DNA of 64,000 nucleotides, filler included, from Rhabdomonas costata (GCA_019059605.1; 19 parts of 19 records of this genome joined end to end with filler, not necessarily neighbours in it), one strand, 5' to 3'; counted from the whole stretch's first letter, positions 23,391-37,124 are shown. The notes: generated from the sequence alone by a model not told the origin. Translations and numbers: made by a program.

Positions 23391-26300
23391 GTTTGCACGC
23401 CGCTTTGCAACAGATGAGATGAGGACAGGTAGGGTTGGTTGGCTCCGCATTGTAGAATGATCCTCGCGCGCATTGTAGAATGATCCTCGCGCTCGTCCAC
23501 AGTTGGCGTCTCCGAATCTTGCCAACAATGATGGATCTTGCCAACAAAACACNNNNNNNNNNNNNNNNNNNNNNNNNNNNNNNNNNNNNNNNNNNNTTAA
23601 TTAATTAANNNNNNNNNNNNNNNNNNNNNNNNNNNNNNNNNNNNNNNNNNNNGGTTGGGGGGGAGATGGCAGAGGATCGGGTGTGGAAGGACCGGGGAGC
23701 GAGGGTATGGGTGCAGCTGTGCAAACAACGATTCCTCTTAAACGGTAGCAACTTTCACAAAAGAAAAGCATGTCAGCGTTGGTTTCGGACTGCTTGAGTA
23801 TTGATGCAAGCTGAAGGCCCCACTTAAATTCCCATCTCTTACACTTCAACTCTAACCCAACCTGGTGCAGTTGGAAACGTTTTACTATGTCCACGCCTTT
23901 CAGGGCGGTCGTTTCGATGCGTGATCTAGCTCGTCAACACTCTGCACGTATAGTGCGTCGGAACAACCCTACCGAATTTGGACCAAAAATCGAGCCCCCG
24001 ATGGTCCTTAAACACGCATACGCGTTTGTATTGCCTGTCAGGCTAATTCGCTATTCGGTGTCTCCATCAGTGAGGTTGCTCCTTTGCGTGCATCGGGGAA
24101 GTTGAGTTGTTCATCCGATACAGCAGGTACTAATCTAAATCACAAAAAACGGAGGACATGGAAGATAATCCAATCAATCGCTATGCACTGTAAGAAGCGC
24201 AACGATATTTGGGCTCTGGGAACGGAGCAAACACGCAACAGCCCTGCTTCACAGCCGTGCATACTCTTACGTCAAGATCCTTTCTTCGATAAAAATTCCA
24301 CCCACTTTCACTGTGGCTTACCCCGATCGACCGCGGACAGAAATTCCATCCCTAAAATGCAAAGCGTTTTATTTGTCAATGCGCATTTTCCCGATATCCC
24401 ACATGCAACGCTACCGCCGCATTCTCCTACCGGAGCAGAAACGCAGAATGCGGAAAAGTCAAGCACAGTCGATTCGGTTCGGGTCCAGAGGCAGTGCAGT
24501 GCGTGCCGAAATATAAATGATGCGCAGCAGCACAGATATAACTCAGCCCATTCTCATGCGAAGGCTCATGAATGCGAACCCCACAAAAATATGGCCATGG
24601 ACTTTCCACACCCTGTGAAGGAGAAAAATAAAAAAAGGGTGTGGAAACAACTGCGCATATCTTTTAAGGTGGGTATCACTCAATTACGCGGTAACAAAAA
24701 GACTATGCTGGTCCAAACTCTTTCTCTGTTTCGTGGATAGAAGAAAACTGCCTGAAGCGTACGATGACGATACGAGACGCAAAACACTGGTATGCCATAG
24801 GCCCATTGTAGAAAGTGACATCATTCGCACCGTGCAGTGCAAATGGTCAGAAGGTACCGCGTATCCCAGATAAAAATGTCCCNNNNNNNNNNNNNNNNNN
24901 NNNNNNNNNNNNNNNNNNNNNNNNNNNNNNNNNNNNNNNNNNNNNNNNNNNNNNNNNNNNNNNNNNNNNNNNNNNNNNNNNNNNNNNNNNNNNNNNNNNN
25001 NNNNNNNNNNNNNNNNNNNNNNNGTGAAGCAAAGGATCTTGCCCCTTTGGAGTAGGTTTTGGTGGGGTCGGATGATGCTCCACTGTCATTTTGTCTGGTG
25101 TGTCTTCATCTACGCGGCAGGATTGAGGTCAGGAAGGGTACTTAAAATGCAAAGGGGAGCAGGAAGCACATACCGCAGAATGGAGAAAGTCAGAACGTGT
25201 CAGTGACAGGACACTCCGTTTATGTGTTGTTGAAAGAATGGCATACCACCCATAAGCCAACGCATGCCCCATACTCGGGCCCCAAGCCAAGCTTTCAACA
25301 ACATTTTATATGGGACGCCCGGTGGATGGGCAAGATTGGGTTCTGAAGGGGTCTTCCAGAAGGACACATCAAGCCTCCTCTGCCCACCTCTGCAGCTGTG
25401 TGTGCACCAATCCCCAATAGTCAAGGGTGACCTGGAAATGACGAGGAAAGACCACCTGCCTCGGGTCAACTCTTCACACCAATTGGTGGGTGACTTGCAC
25501 CGTACTCCTAGCGGTTCGAGCGAACCGGAGAACTTGGCACGGGAGCTTCTGAGTTGAGCGCACTGGCAGTTTTCGACAATCTTGCTTCACCTGAAACTTG
25601 AAGTTATGGGTGTTGAAGGGTCTTGGTCTGGTTGCTTGCAAAACATTTGGGGTGGACATTTTCCTTCAAAAGAAAGTAGACCGTGAAACGGCGCGGTGAT
25701 GCCCCCGGGGAGGAGGCTAAAAGAACAAACCAGGTCAGCCGTGCAATGCGCAGAACTGCGATGCTTTGCCGAATTGCAAAAAAGAGAAAGTGCCGCAGGC
25801 TTTCGCTCCAACGAATACAATCCAACCCTAAACAACCACAACAAAAAAGTCACTATGCACGGCCCCTTCACTGCAACGGACACGTTGGAAGACATTTCAG
25901 AAATAAGCAGACGCTTTGGCCTCGAAGAGTTCGGGGGTGTGGCATTATACTTTCGTTCAACAACTCAGAGAGTTCACCACCACTTGCGGATAGGGCAGTC
26001 TAAACGAAGCTGAAAGAATCCGTTCAGTTCGATGTGCAGTCAAAAAAGTTCTACTACTGCGATAAAACCCCAGCCACCAAAGTCCACCCTTCAATTGACC
26101 ACCTTGGCCGCCCCGCGGACTCGCCTAGATATGTCAGCAAGGCGCGACGACCAACACATCTGTATGCTTTCCACCAAAGCCATCCACCCGAATTCAAAAC
26201 GCTCTCGGGCAGATCAGCCGACCAAACCTGCCCGTTCAGGAGAAGTAGATACGAATCAGGGTGTTCCCTTAAAATATAGAGAAAAACATGAGTCGAGGGA

Positions 26301-29103
26301 AAAGCCCATGGGGAGCTGCTCTAGAAGCCCACGATCAAAACACGATCATGGGCCACATTATTTGCAAATAAAACGGTCTTTCCTGTGTGAAGGCAGAATG
26401 GGTTCAAAAACACCCAAAAGGGGCCGTCGAACAGCTTCAAGGGTGGTCGTATCTTGGCGTAGAGAAGGTATCCGAGGCCAGGATGCGGCCATACATCTCC
26501 TCTCCGGGGTACTACCGTCCCACCAAAAGTGAGCCCCAAACCTTCACTCCAGTTCGAGTTCTGAGGTCAACGTTCTCCGGTCTGGTCCGGGAGTGACCAT
26601 AGCGAATAGGGCGAAGTTTTGGGCCGAAAGAAGTGGTCCCCCCCCCCCTTCATTTCCGATGAGGCCTCCGACAAGTGGTGAGGTAGGTGAGGGTGAAGAG
26701 GCGAGATAGGTCCACCTGGTAGAACCCTCAGAACGGAGAAAGAACTGTAAAAGAAGAGGGGAACGCCAACTGGAAGCTCCTCTACAAGCCCAACACGATC
26801 ATGGACCGCATTATTAGCACGGACCTAAGTGCAGCAGTGGCTCGCGAATAGAGAACAGATGAGTCGAGAGGAAAGCCAACACGCAACTGCAGAAACCTGA
26901 GCGCATCTCTGGCTTGCGCGTGCCCCTGGTCTNNNNNNNNNNNNNNNNNNNNNNNNNNNNNNNNNNNNNNNNNNNNTTAATTAATTAANNNNNNNNNNNN
27001 NNNNNNNNNNNNNNNNNNNNNNNNNNNNNNNNGGCAACCGAAGCAAAAACTGCGCAAATTCAAGCCAAAACATTCACACCACAGAGGACAACGCAAGATT
27101 TTATCAAACTCATTGAGTTCAGCGCCACTCAGCCGGCGATCCTGCAAAACACAATATAGTGTCCCCCCGCCAAAAAAAACAGACGAGCGAGTGCAGCTGG
27201 CACTGGCGCAAAACTAAAACAACACCTTGTAAAAGGCCATGTTCCGCTGGTGAAACGCTGTTGAAAAAGAAGAGTGCGAAGTCTGCGGGAAAAATACGGA
27301 ATGGCGATGTCCGATTTCGGGTCCGGGAACGTGTTTTTTCTCACAATCAAAAAGAAGGAAGCGCAGTAGAATCTATAAAAGCGCAACATGCAGTGTCGGT
27401 GGGTATTGTGCGCCATCAGCCGCTTTCGTCAATCCCCAAGGATTAGTTTCAACTCAAGAAACGTACTGTAAAGCGGGAGCGTTTCGTAACTTGGAGGTTA
27501 AATGATGAACGTCATGTGCCCAGGGAAATCGGAAAAGTTCGCCTGGTACCTGGAGATGGGCTAAAAAAAACTGCCCCCCACCCCCTGCAATCACAAGAAC
27601 TAGGCACCGTAGTTCTTGAAGAGTCTGGGAAGCAGCACTATAAAAACAATGTACAAGAAGGAATGTGAGGGATCAGAGGGGGTTCAACAAAAATTGGAAA
27701 AAAAATAGAACGGCAAACCAGTGCAAACGATGAAACAAAGCAAAGGGCACTGTACAGTTCTAAATTGAAAAATGTGTTTCGTCGGAAAACCCGACCGACC
27801 ATCAACACAGGGAGGAAGGCAGGGATATATAATATCGTTTGCTCAAACGGAAGGTTGTGGCAGTTGCGCGTTCTACTTGCTCAGGGTCAGGGTGGTAGAT
27901 GCCGCCAGATGCCCAAATGCTTCTGGCCCTTAGGTCCACTGAGAAAACTCTTCTCAGTGGTCTTTTTGAGTCGCACTTTTCAGTTCTATGAACCAAGCGA
28001 CACACTAGGCGCAAGCTGGAGGGCCAGGAAAGTCTTGCCCTGGCCACCATTTTTGGTTTAGCTACGAAATGAACAAAATATTGGTCGCCGCTTTATCAGG
28101 TCTCTTTCACGGCACCTACAAGTGCACAAAACTCCACTCCAAAATGTTTCTCTGGGCGTGATCTGCGAGGGCATTCTCGCCCTTTAGCTCAGCACGGGCG
28201 ACAACAAACGATGAAAAAAGCCACCCCCGATGATGGGTTCGCGTTTTGTAAAAATCTGGAAAAACAAACCAAAAAATTATGCAAAGGTCAAAAAATAGGG
28301 CAATTTTTTTGTAAAGCTTCTCTGGCTCTGCTGTTTGCACTGCATTTTTTGTTCCTGCAGAGCTGTGGGAAGTTTTCGTTGCTAGCAATAAACAGCGGTT
28401 CCGGTTCCTCTGCACTCGCCCAGTCTGCTCAGCTTGCTATTGTATACCCTCGGAAGTGGCGCAAAAAGGATACCAAAGAGCCTATGACTTCCTATCTATG
28501 GCATCCCAACCGGCCGAGGGATAAAGGTCAGGAAAACCTCACCCCAAGTACCGGTCACGCAGCCTTTCGGGAGGCCTCCTGTGTCAATGGTGATTACATG
28601 CCACTTCATGCCTGCTTCGAGTTACTCCTCAAATAGGTAGGTTGGTGCCGTCGGGCTAGTCAATAGTCCCCGTATAAACCTGTTGAATGTTCAAAATTCA
28701 AAATCAATTCAACTTTCGGTGCAACCCTCGACTGCTGCCAGAAGGGAAGCCGCTTTTTGCCTGGACAGGAGACAGATGGCGAATCCAGTGGGCACACCAA
28801 AACAGATGGCGAATCCAGTGGGATCGCCAAAATAAGGCACATAGAGGAAGGTGGTTTGGGACGAGACCGTTGTTTCAATGCCAAAAAGACGCAAGGTCGT
28901 TGGTGGGGGTAGTTCTGTCTGTTGGCTGCCGCAGTGGCGGTGATCTGCTGGGCTGCTGATGTTGGTCCGGCGACATTAAAACAGTTGGAGACCTTAAGAA
29001 AACCACAAACGTGTAACGCGTAACCCTGCGGAATCTTCTCACGAAAACGTTGGAAAACGTGTTCCGTCTGGGAAAACAGCTTCAGCTATGTCTGGCGGTT
29101 TAC

Positions 29104-29720
29104 CCCTTCGTTCTCACTGCGCATCCGGACAAAGCCCGCGGAGACGAAGTCCTGGCAGCGGCTGGCAACGCAGCTGCAGCTGCAGCTCAGGCACTGCGTC
29201 ACGTGCTTCAGTTCTACCTCAGCCACAACACGGATGCCCCACAGCGAGAAACGCAGAAGTCACAGTGCCACAGACGCCAACAGAAGCCACCGGCTCCAAT
29301 GTCTTCTGAGATTTTCCAATGTTTTGTGAGCAGTTCCAGTGAATGGGTGCGTCGTCACCTGACCATCTCCAAAGGGTTGAAGAGAAACCAGGGAAACCCC
29401 TAATAACCTACTACTGCACTGTAACGCTGAGGAAATGAATTTGCCATCAGCTAATGAAAGAAATTGCTCTTCTGTGACCGATTGATAAACAACCCCGAAA
29501 CACACGCTCACCTGCAGCGCCGTTCCCGCAGTTCCAGTGCCAGTAAGTGGGAGAAATGACCAGAAAGTAGAACGATAACAGCTATACCATCTATCACCAT
29601 GACCAATTACAAATGTTGCCGAAGATTGCTTTCCAAAGAATCCACGAGGGATTGAGTGAGTGGCATTGATGCAGGCAGTAGGCACTTCCTTGTACTACTA
29701 CTTTGTACCGACGTTGCGGT
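29104..29720 (-). CDS. Possible exons of an unknown Cys-containing protein
   Basis: GC3-rich stretch ELKHVTQCLSCSCSCVASRCQDFVSAGFVRMRSENEG|GTAAAC, with an upstream CAG|GTGAGC donor near 29511. The contig is T-rich on the minus strand. Frame joining is ambiguous. Confidence 0.25.
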
Positions 29721-30868
29721 CTGCAGGGAGAAATGAACAGAAAGAAGACGAAAAAAGCTATGAAATAAAAATCTGGTGGATACTATTCACATTTGTACAA
29801 GTACATTGTTGCCTTTTCCCCGAACGATAACGTGCTGCTGAAGAGGAGCGGGTTGAACCCTAAAAAAGCCACGATAAATAACTTCATCTTCTTAAAATAA
29901 CCAATACGCGTTTTTGATTAATTGACCCTGGTGACCTTCGCTCAAAACTGTGAGGCGCAAAATGTCCCTCGTCATTACCCGGGTCCTTCCATGCTGCAAA
30001 ATTAAAATGCCCTGTATTGGACCATGGATTGCCTTCACAAAGCCAATACTGGAAACTCTTTGTAGGTAAAAAAATTTTCCATTCTCAGCGGCCATCTGCA
30101 ATAGCAAAGTTAAGTCGTAGGCCTTACTCCTTCTCTCCTGATTTTGACGTCAACCACGTGCTTGCTCACTCTATGTCACAAATTCTGCCCCACAACAACG
30201 CTATGCGGCAGTCGTATGCATCCTTGGCTTTCCTTTTCTTTCCAACGGTCACATGTTATTTGTCCCACAANNNNNNNNNNNNNNNNNNNNNNNNNNNNNN
30301 NNNNNNNNNNNNNNTTAATTAATTAANNNNNNNNNNNNNNNNNNNNNNNNNNNNNNNNNNNNNNNNNNNNGGGTGGTTTGCGGTGCATCCCTGGGGTAGT
30401 GCTAAGATTCCCCTCTTCTGAGAAGGGGGTGCTGGTGGCCTGGCAGCCCATTTCTTCGGCTCAGCCTGATCTGGACCTCACACCCGTTCAGGTATGACGT
30501 TCCTCGTACACCACGTCGTGGGTACGTTTGGGAAAGTTCCGGTGTCTCGAGGCTTTGTTTCTTCCTCCCAAAAATTGATCACTTCTGCATCATCTTTGGC
30601 TTATTGGATGGCAAGGAGGTCTCCTTGCTTTTTTCCCTCGTGAAGATTTTTCCCATACTTTTAGGGGTGCCGTTAGAGTGGGCTTTGCGCCCATCTGCAC
30701 ATGGCTGCATGACTGAATCAATGCGGGGTAATGGGGCAAAAAAATTGCGTATAAGTATTCCATGTTGTAACTTAGAGCAATGTGGAACTTCATTGAGCAT
30801 AGGAAAGGGCAAACTGTCTTAATTACACGTCCACCTCACACCTCAGACGGTGCCATACTCACTTTTAG

Positions 30869-33363
30869 GGTTCCTCGACATCAGCTCTAATTTCGGGAGC
30901 ATCGGTGATTACCAGCAGCATAGTCGAGGCCTTCCAGCGGTACATTGTGCATTGCCGCCGAGCAGCCGTGGCGGAGGTGTTCTCGGGCCCCGCCTCCTCT
31001 GCAGTAGCAGCGGATTCCTGTCCGGTCCTCCTCACAACAGAGACCACAGCGGCGATGGGGCTGGGCAATGCCGCGAGTGCTTTTCCGGGCATCTCTGGGA
31101 GTGGTTTCCAGTCCTCAGAGCACATTACCCCTCGTAGTCTCAAAGGCCCGGTTGCAGAAAGGGTACGGGCGGTGATGGAAAGGTACCCTGAGGGTCTTCC
31201 GCTGCCTTTTGTGGAGCTGTGATTGTGAGGAAGTGTGTGTTTGGTCGCCGAGGCGTCACGCACCCTGCCCACCCCCTTGAGTGTTTTTTTGTGCACTCTG
31301 CCGTACTGGTTTGCCTTCCTGGGCTCTACTTTTGTGGTGTTACTGATCCATTACAAGAGCGATTTCCATGTTTTGGAGATGTTTTTTCTTCCTCCCTCGA
31401 TCCCGTAATTGAAAATTTGGTGTGTGAAACGCCGAACGGCTGTCCAACCCACCTTTATGCTGCTTGGTCTTGCCGACGTCCTTTTTTCCGCCATCGTGAA
31501 AACTCCCAGATCGCGGTTGGCCTCCTGTATGTTTTTACGCAAGGGATGGTTAGAGCTGTGTTGGGTTGTGTGCTTCCGAAAGGTGTGGCACACATTTATA
31601 AGTGCACGCATACCCGGAAACAGGTCGAAGTGAAGGTTTTTTACGAGACCTCATCTTGTACGCTTTTTCTTCTCAGTTTTGGTCATATTGGTTGGCAGTT
31701 GTTAAGCTTATTATTAAATTTTATAGGGGATGATTGTCGTTGGGCTTCCAAGAGCATAGGTTCTTCCTCTCCTCCTGTGTCGCAGCAATGCGCACAGCCG
31801 TACTTTACTGTCATGGTATTTACTGGAAAGTTCTCTACTTAAGCTGTTGTCACTGGTTCGGGCACACAGGTTTCCACTGCAGGTTACTTATTACCGCCCA
31901 CCCCCGTACCAGTTGCTCCCTGGTTCTTCAAAGGGTAGGGTGTGTAGGGTGTGTAGGGAGAATAACCAACCATTCTGCAGCAGTCATTTCCCGTTTATCT
32001 TATTTTTCTGTGGGACTTTCGACTTTTGGTCTCAATCTGGAGGAATGCAGACCAGCAATCTCTCACTCCCTGGGGAGCGCTGCTGCCCATCCCCGCGCAA
32101 CTGCCCTCATCCCAGGAGCTGCCATGTCCCGGTCTGGGTGCTACTGGTTGGGCTCTCGACCCTTTCCGTGGTTCTGGTTGGGGTTCTGAGCTACAAGCTG
32201 ACTACGCTGTGGAGTCTGGATGCCATCGATGCCATAGGCGTGCAGTACCGGGAGCTGGCGTGCGCTGCGGTGGTGAGTCACGTGGTGAACTTCGTGGATC
32301 AGGTCATGGACAGCACGCTGCAGCTGGCGCTGTACGTGGCGGACTCCACAACTCTTGGGCCAGGTCTCTGGCTTCCAGGGCTTTGTGTATAGCACCTTAC
32401 CCCGTAAACTCAGAATACTTGCTTTTTAGCCTCAGGAGCGTGAAAACGTTTGAAATGAAATGAAACATAGCATTGGATACATAACGGCCTAGCAGCATGG
32501 TATTGCGTTCCCAGGACTGGAAAGTCGTAGCATACTGAGTTTCGGGATGTACCTTTGTTAGTTGGATGGTTCTTCGGGTGCATTTTGATACTGGATTTTT
32601 GTTGTAGCCGACATTTGCATCGTCGGTGGGGGCGCAGTATAGCGGCACAGGCTATCCTTCGCGCGGCTGAACGGGTTCCCCCTACAAAACGGCTCGCATG
32701 ATGGGGTAATGTAAAAATTTGACTTGATGTTTTGCAGTGTCAAAACGTTTAACGGCCTGACGATATGTGACTAGATGATGAATTTAAGGAAAGCTGGTAG
32801 ACTTTTCCACAGCTCCCTACCGGTAGATGCCGTTTTTTAGGTTCAGAAATTGCCGGACCTTTGAGATTTGAGGGCGTTAAGCGTTTAACATCCCCTCACC
32901 CCCGGGAAAAAAACAGACCCGAATTATCTGGTAAAGTTGTGGGACCAGGAATAAACTACCGACGCTCTAAACTTGTCTGCGTTGCCAATTATGCCCAGAT
33001 GATGTGATTTCCCTCCACCTATGAACTGCAGGGAACCCAAGCCCTTTGGAGCTGCGCAAGCTGATGCTCACCCGATTGATAAGCTTTCAGACAAACCAGA
33101 TCCTGGCTGGCACGGCTATTGCCCTGGGGGTGGCGACTGGGGAGCTTCTTTCAGTGGTGACGGACTCCTCAAATGGAGACCTCTTCTGGGCGGTGAGCAA
33201 CAATTTCACCGGGTACTCTCAAACCATGTGGCCAGCCACGAGAATGGAGAAGGACTGTGAGAGCTGCCCTCCTACGGAGCATGGACTTTGGGAGGATTCG
33301 AACTGGAGGTTGCTGATGAATGAGAGCGTGGTGGTTCCCGGACTGTATAATGCCTCCCAAAGG
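30869..33363 (+). CDS. Membrane receptor N-terminus (TM helix + probable extracellular sensor domain), partial
   Basis: Phase-consistent exons 30869-31182, 32116-32363 (TM helix VPVWVLLVGLSTLSVVLVGVLSY) and 33032-33363 (ends YNASQR, like the Cache YDPRxRPWY motif). The architecture is typical of receptor cyclases/kinases, but no catalytic domain is in the contig. Confidence 0.6.
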
Positions 33364-33892
33364 GTCTCTCGCCTTTTTCTTTTTTTGGTGGGGTGCGATG
33401 GTTCAACGTTTTGCGCTGCTACTTGTATTCGAATTCGACTACTGAGTTTTTTGAATCCCAGCGGACACCGTGCACCGAAACTTAAAGGTTATCTTCTAAT
33501 GCCGAGACACCACCCATCGCCCTCTCTCTCTCTTTACAGTCCTGTACAAGTGGTGGCGAACTACACTTTTTTCGCCACTGAAAGTGCAACCCCCCCCCCC
33601 CCACACAGGCTCCCTTGTTTTCTGGGCCCTGCCAGGCCAAACCAACNNNNNNNNNNNNNNNNNNNNNNNNNNNNNNNNNNNNNNNNNNNNTTAATTAATT
33701 AANNNNNNNNNNNNNNNNNNNNNNNNNNNNNNNNNNNNNNNNNNNNGTTTGTGGTTCCTGCTTTGGCTCCTCTCTAGTGGTGTGGGTATACGGAGGCAAC
33801 GGCAGCAGACTGATGGCTCTCCTACGCGTAAAAATACGTGCCAACCTACCGTCACCCGGCTCCTGGCCGTCCCTTTGCCCCCTCGCTCACAG

Positions 33893-36302
33893 GTACCTGT
33901 GGGGACAACTCCTTGGTGTGCCCCGTGGGCTACGGGAGGCTCCACCCGACCACCCGCTGTGCCTCGAACCCGTGCACCCAGGGCGAGTGCTGTCAACGTA
34001 TGTCAACGCTTTCCTTCATCGCACCACTCCTCCCTCGCCCTTCATGCGCTTGCGTCCTACATCTCACTGCTGGGCACGCAGCGCTGTACTCCTGGGTCGC
34101 CCTCAACACTTTGGCCTCTTCGGGGGCGTATTTCCGGACGGACCACTGCACGGTGACCTTCGGGGATGTGCTGCTTATGATTGCCGGTATTGACGCGAAC
34201 TTCAACCGTCTCAACGATGTGCTGTGGAGCAGGGACGGGCTGTCGTGGACCCAGAGCACGACTGCGGCGTTTTCCTCGGCACGATATGCCGCGGGGTGCG
34301 ATGTGTTAGGTTCCCGTGCGTATGTCCTGAGCGGCTACACCGACACCGATTTTCTGAGCGAGGTAGCCACGTGCTGGAGAGGTTTATGCGTTCCTAGTCC
34401 GCTGTATCCGCAGAACTCGTTCTGTGGTAATTTTCTGAGTGTCTCGTAAGATGGCTTCCTTTACACTGAACTGACGCCCCCATCCCCTCCGCTTCCGTGT
34501 ATCTGTGAAGGAAACCATTCCCATTCGGCACGGCATAGAGCAACACCCAGAGGTGTGTTCCCAGGATTGCCACGTAATATATCGGCCCTAGTTATCTGGA
34601 GCCTGGGGCTGGCATGGTAACCCTTACCCCCTCCGGCGAGAATGACGTGGCCCTGTGAGCTTGTAGTGGTAGTCCCAGAGCGATCAGAGCGATCGACGAC
34701 AAATGGGAAGAATTGCCGTTTTCTTCCTCCTTAACCGCCTGGAGCGGCTCTGCAAGAGGTAACGAGAGAAGACACAAGCGCGAGCACCCCGGATTGGGCT
34801 GCGGACAACCACGTATATAGTGGTGGTGGTGGGGAGCGCTGAGTGCAGTAGTTCCGAGCTAGGCTACGTCACGAGAAGTATGATCTTTGAACCACCTGTG
34901 GTGCAAAGATGCGAGGGAGGAGAGAGGGTTGTGAACGTTCCAGTGACAAATGCGGACTGCACAGCCAAGTGCCACCATGAAAGGCGCCTCTATGGCTGCA
35001 CCCCAACGTCTTCCTGCACAATGGAATCCTTCCATAGTGCTCTATTCAGCGTGTTCTCAACCCCTGCCTCCTCAGGTCTATTCCACGACTGACCCCACGG
35101 GCGCCACCTGGACCTTCCACGGTTCCGGGGGTTTTCCGGCCAGGGCTGGCTCCGGGGTGACGCCCTTCCTGGGCAGGCTGTGGGTCATTGCTGGATTCGG
35201 GGTTCCGGTGAATCCGGCCACCGGGCTTTTCAACGATGTGTACTTCAGCGGTGACCCCACTCTGGGCAGCGGCAGCTGGGCCCTGGCCACCTCCTCGGCG
35301 TTTGCTACGGGCGGCCGCTGCAGCTTCAAGACGGCGGTTCACCGGGGCCAGTTGTGGGTGATCGGCGGAGAGCAGCCGAGCTCTTACTCCGAAGTATGCG
35401 TGAGTTTTCGAATGCATATTTACCCTTCCCATAAGTAGGGTTATTCATGTTTTTCTGACTTCTGGACTGCTGGAGGCTCAGTGCCTCGTGTCACTCCCAC
35501 CCTATGCATGTGCTCGCCGGAGGTCGTCAAGGAGTGTTGATTGGATGGATTTGGTGTGGGGTTTTGCGGTTCGTTTGGTTAATGGTCTTTGAAGGTGCGC
35601 TTGACTGTGTGAGTTGCTGCTGCTGTTTCTACCACTTATGGGTGGCGTTTTTGAACCAACGGAGTCACTTCTGGCTCAGATGATAGTTCCCCATGGCACC
35701 TTTATCGCTGGACCCACAATTTTCTGTGTCCTGGCCTGGGTTGTTTTTGGTTGAGTGGGTTTGGCTGTGTGCATTCGTGGGCCTATCATTGTGTGCTTGA
35801 GATGTGGACGGTGATGTCTGTGGTTGCCTTGATGAGATTCGGTTCAAGGGAATGGGAGGTTGTATGGGGTGAGTGGTGGTGCTGCTTTCGCTTGCTTTCG
35901 TGGCCTCTCCGTTTGTGTTTGTGTTTGTCTCTCGCTGTCGGTTGATGCCATCCTGTCGTTCCTCTTCTCCGCTCCCAATAAGCTTTCCGCCTTTCCCTTA
36001 GGTGTACAGCAGCGGCGATGGGATTCGATGGAACCGAATCCTCACCACGGGGCATGATGCTTACCCCCGGAGCTTCGGGTTGACCCCTCTGGGAGGGCTG
36101 CTGTGGAACCTCAGGGGTGGGGATTCCTCCGAAGCGGTGTCGTGCCAGGTCTCCGCGGATGGGGTGCAGTGGGGAGCCTGCCCGGAGATGATGCCCAGAG
36201 CTCTGTCCTCTTTTATGGTGGGCCGGCTGGGCACCAACCTGGTGACCACGGGGGGCTACCTGTACTATGGGGTTCCGTCGACCACGTTGTACAGCCTCGT
36301 GG
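33893..36302 (+). CDS. Kelch-repeat beta-propeller protein with a Cys-rich module, partial
   Basis: GT-AG exons 33893-33997 (Cys-rich), 34082-34362, 35076-35393 and 36002-36302. Repeated LW(V/M)I(A/G)G...NDV(W/Y)xSxDGxxW kelch-like units. Confidence 0.88.
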
Positions 36303-36475
36303 GTAGGCTTGTCCCCTCCGACCTGCTGCCCCCCCTCCCTGACTGCATGCCCAGGCAGTCTCTATTTTTTGGTGTCCTGCTCCATTCTTGCTTTACTTCT
36401 TCCCCAGCTCCCGATTCACCTTCCTTACGATGTTTTGTTTGTGCCGCTTCTTTGCTGCTTCGTTACATTGTGAAC

Positions 36476-36891
36476 GGTGCTTTCCTGTTATCTGCCCCCC
36501 ATTTTCCAGTTATTTGCCCCCCAAATTTACCAACTGCAGGGATGACTCTTTTTTCTCTTCCAAAAAACGACAACTCCGCCATGAGATTTCTGCAGCACAA
36601 TGTCATTCCCCTAAGGGAGAGGACTTGCCATTTCAGCCACCGAATGTCACAAAGAATTGATGCCAAAGGGGACTTCCAATGGGTTAGGGTTAGGGTAAGG
36701 GTTAGGGTTACGGTTTGGGTTAGGTCTTGTAACCCTAACCCTAACCCCTGACCCTAACCCTAACCCTAACCCTGCAGAAGTCTCATGGCGGAGTTGCCAT
36801 GTTTTGGAAGAGAAAAAAGAGCTATCCCTGCAGTTGGTAAATTTGGTGGGCACGTAACAGCAAAATGGGGGGCAGATAACAGGAAAGTACC
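36476..36891. mobile_element. 416-bp non-autonomous TIR element (Merlin-like MITE) carrying telomeric repeats
   Basis: 120-bp TIRs at 36476-36595 and 36772-36891 (108/120 identical by hand count), starting GGTRC. Perfect 8-bp TSD TTGTGAAC at 36468-36475 and 36892-36899. Internal (GGGTTA)n at 36681-36724, then (TAACCC)n at 36730-36772. Confidence 0.92.
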
Positions 36892-37124
36892 TTGTGAACA
36901 AATCCATCTCATTCCTCGTCCCACACACCCTGTTACACAGCAGGGCTTTCCCACCCTGAGGTACGCCGTTGTGGAGGCTGTCGTGAGCTTTCTTCATGGG
37001 TGTGTCCCAGTATCCCAAAACACANNNNNNNNNNNNNNNNNNNNNNNNNNNNNNNNNNNNNNNNNNNNTTAATTAATTAANNNNNNNNNNNNNNNNNNNN
37101 NNNNNNNNNNNNNNNNNNNNNNNN

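Noticed and set aside
28772-28822. Repeat acagatggcgaatccagtggg as a CRISPR repeat
   Set aside because: Only two copies at a 30-bp period, in eukaryotic DNA with no cas genes. It is a simple tandem duplication.
29050-29403. DnaJ domain suggested by HPDK in a plus-strand ORF
   Set aside because: Flanking J-domain helices are not recognisable. Strand skew and splice signals favour a minus-strand gene.
36681-36772. Chromosome end-to-end fusion site or true telomere
   Set aside because: The arrays are short and enclosed by TIRs and an 8-bp TSD, so they are element cargo.
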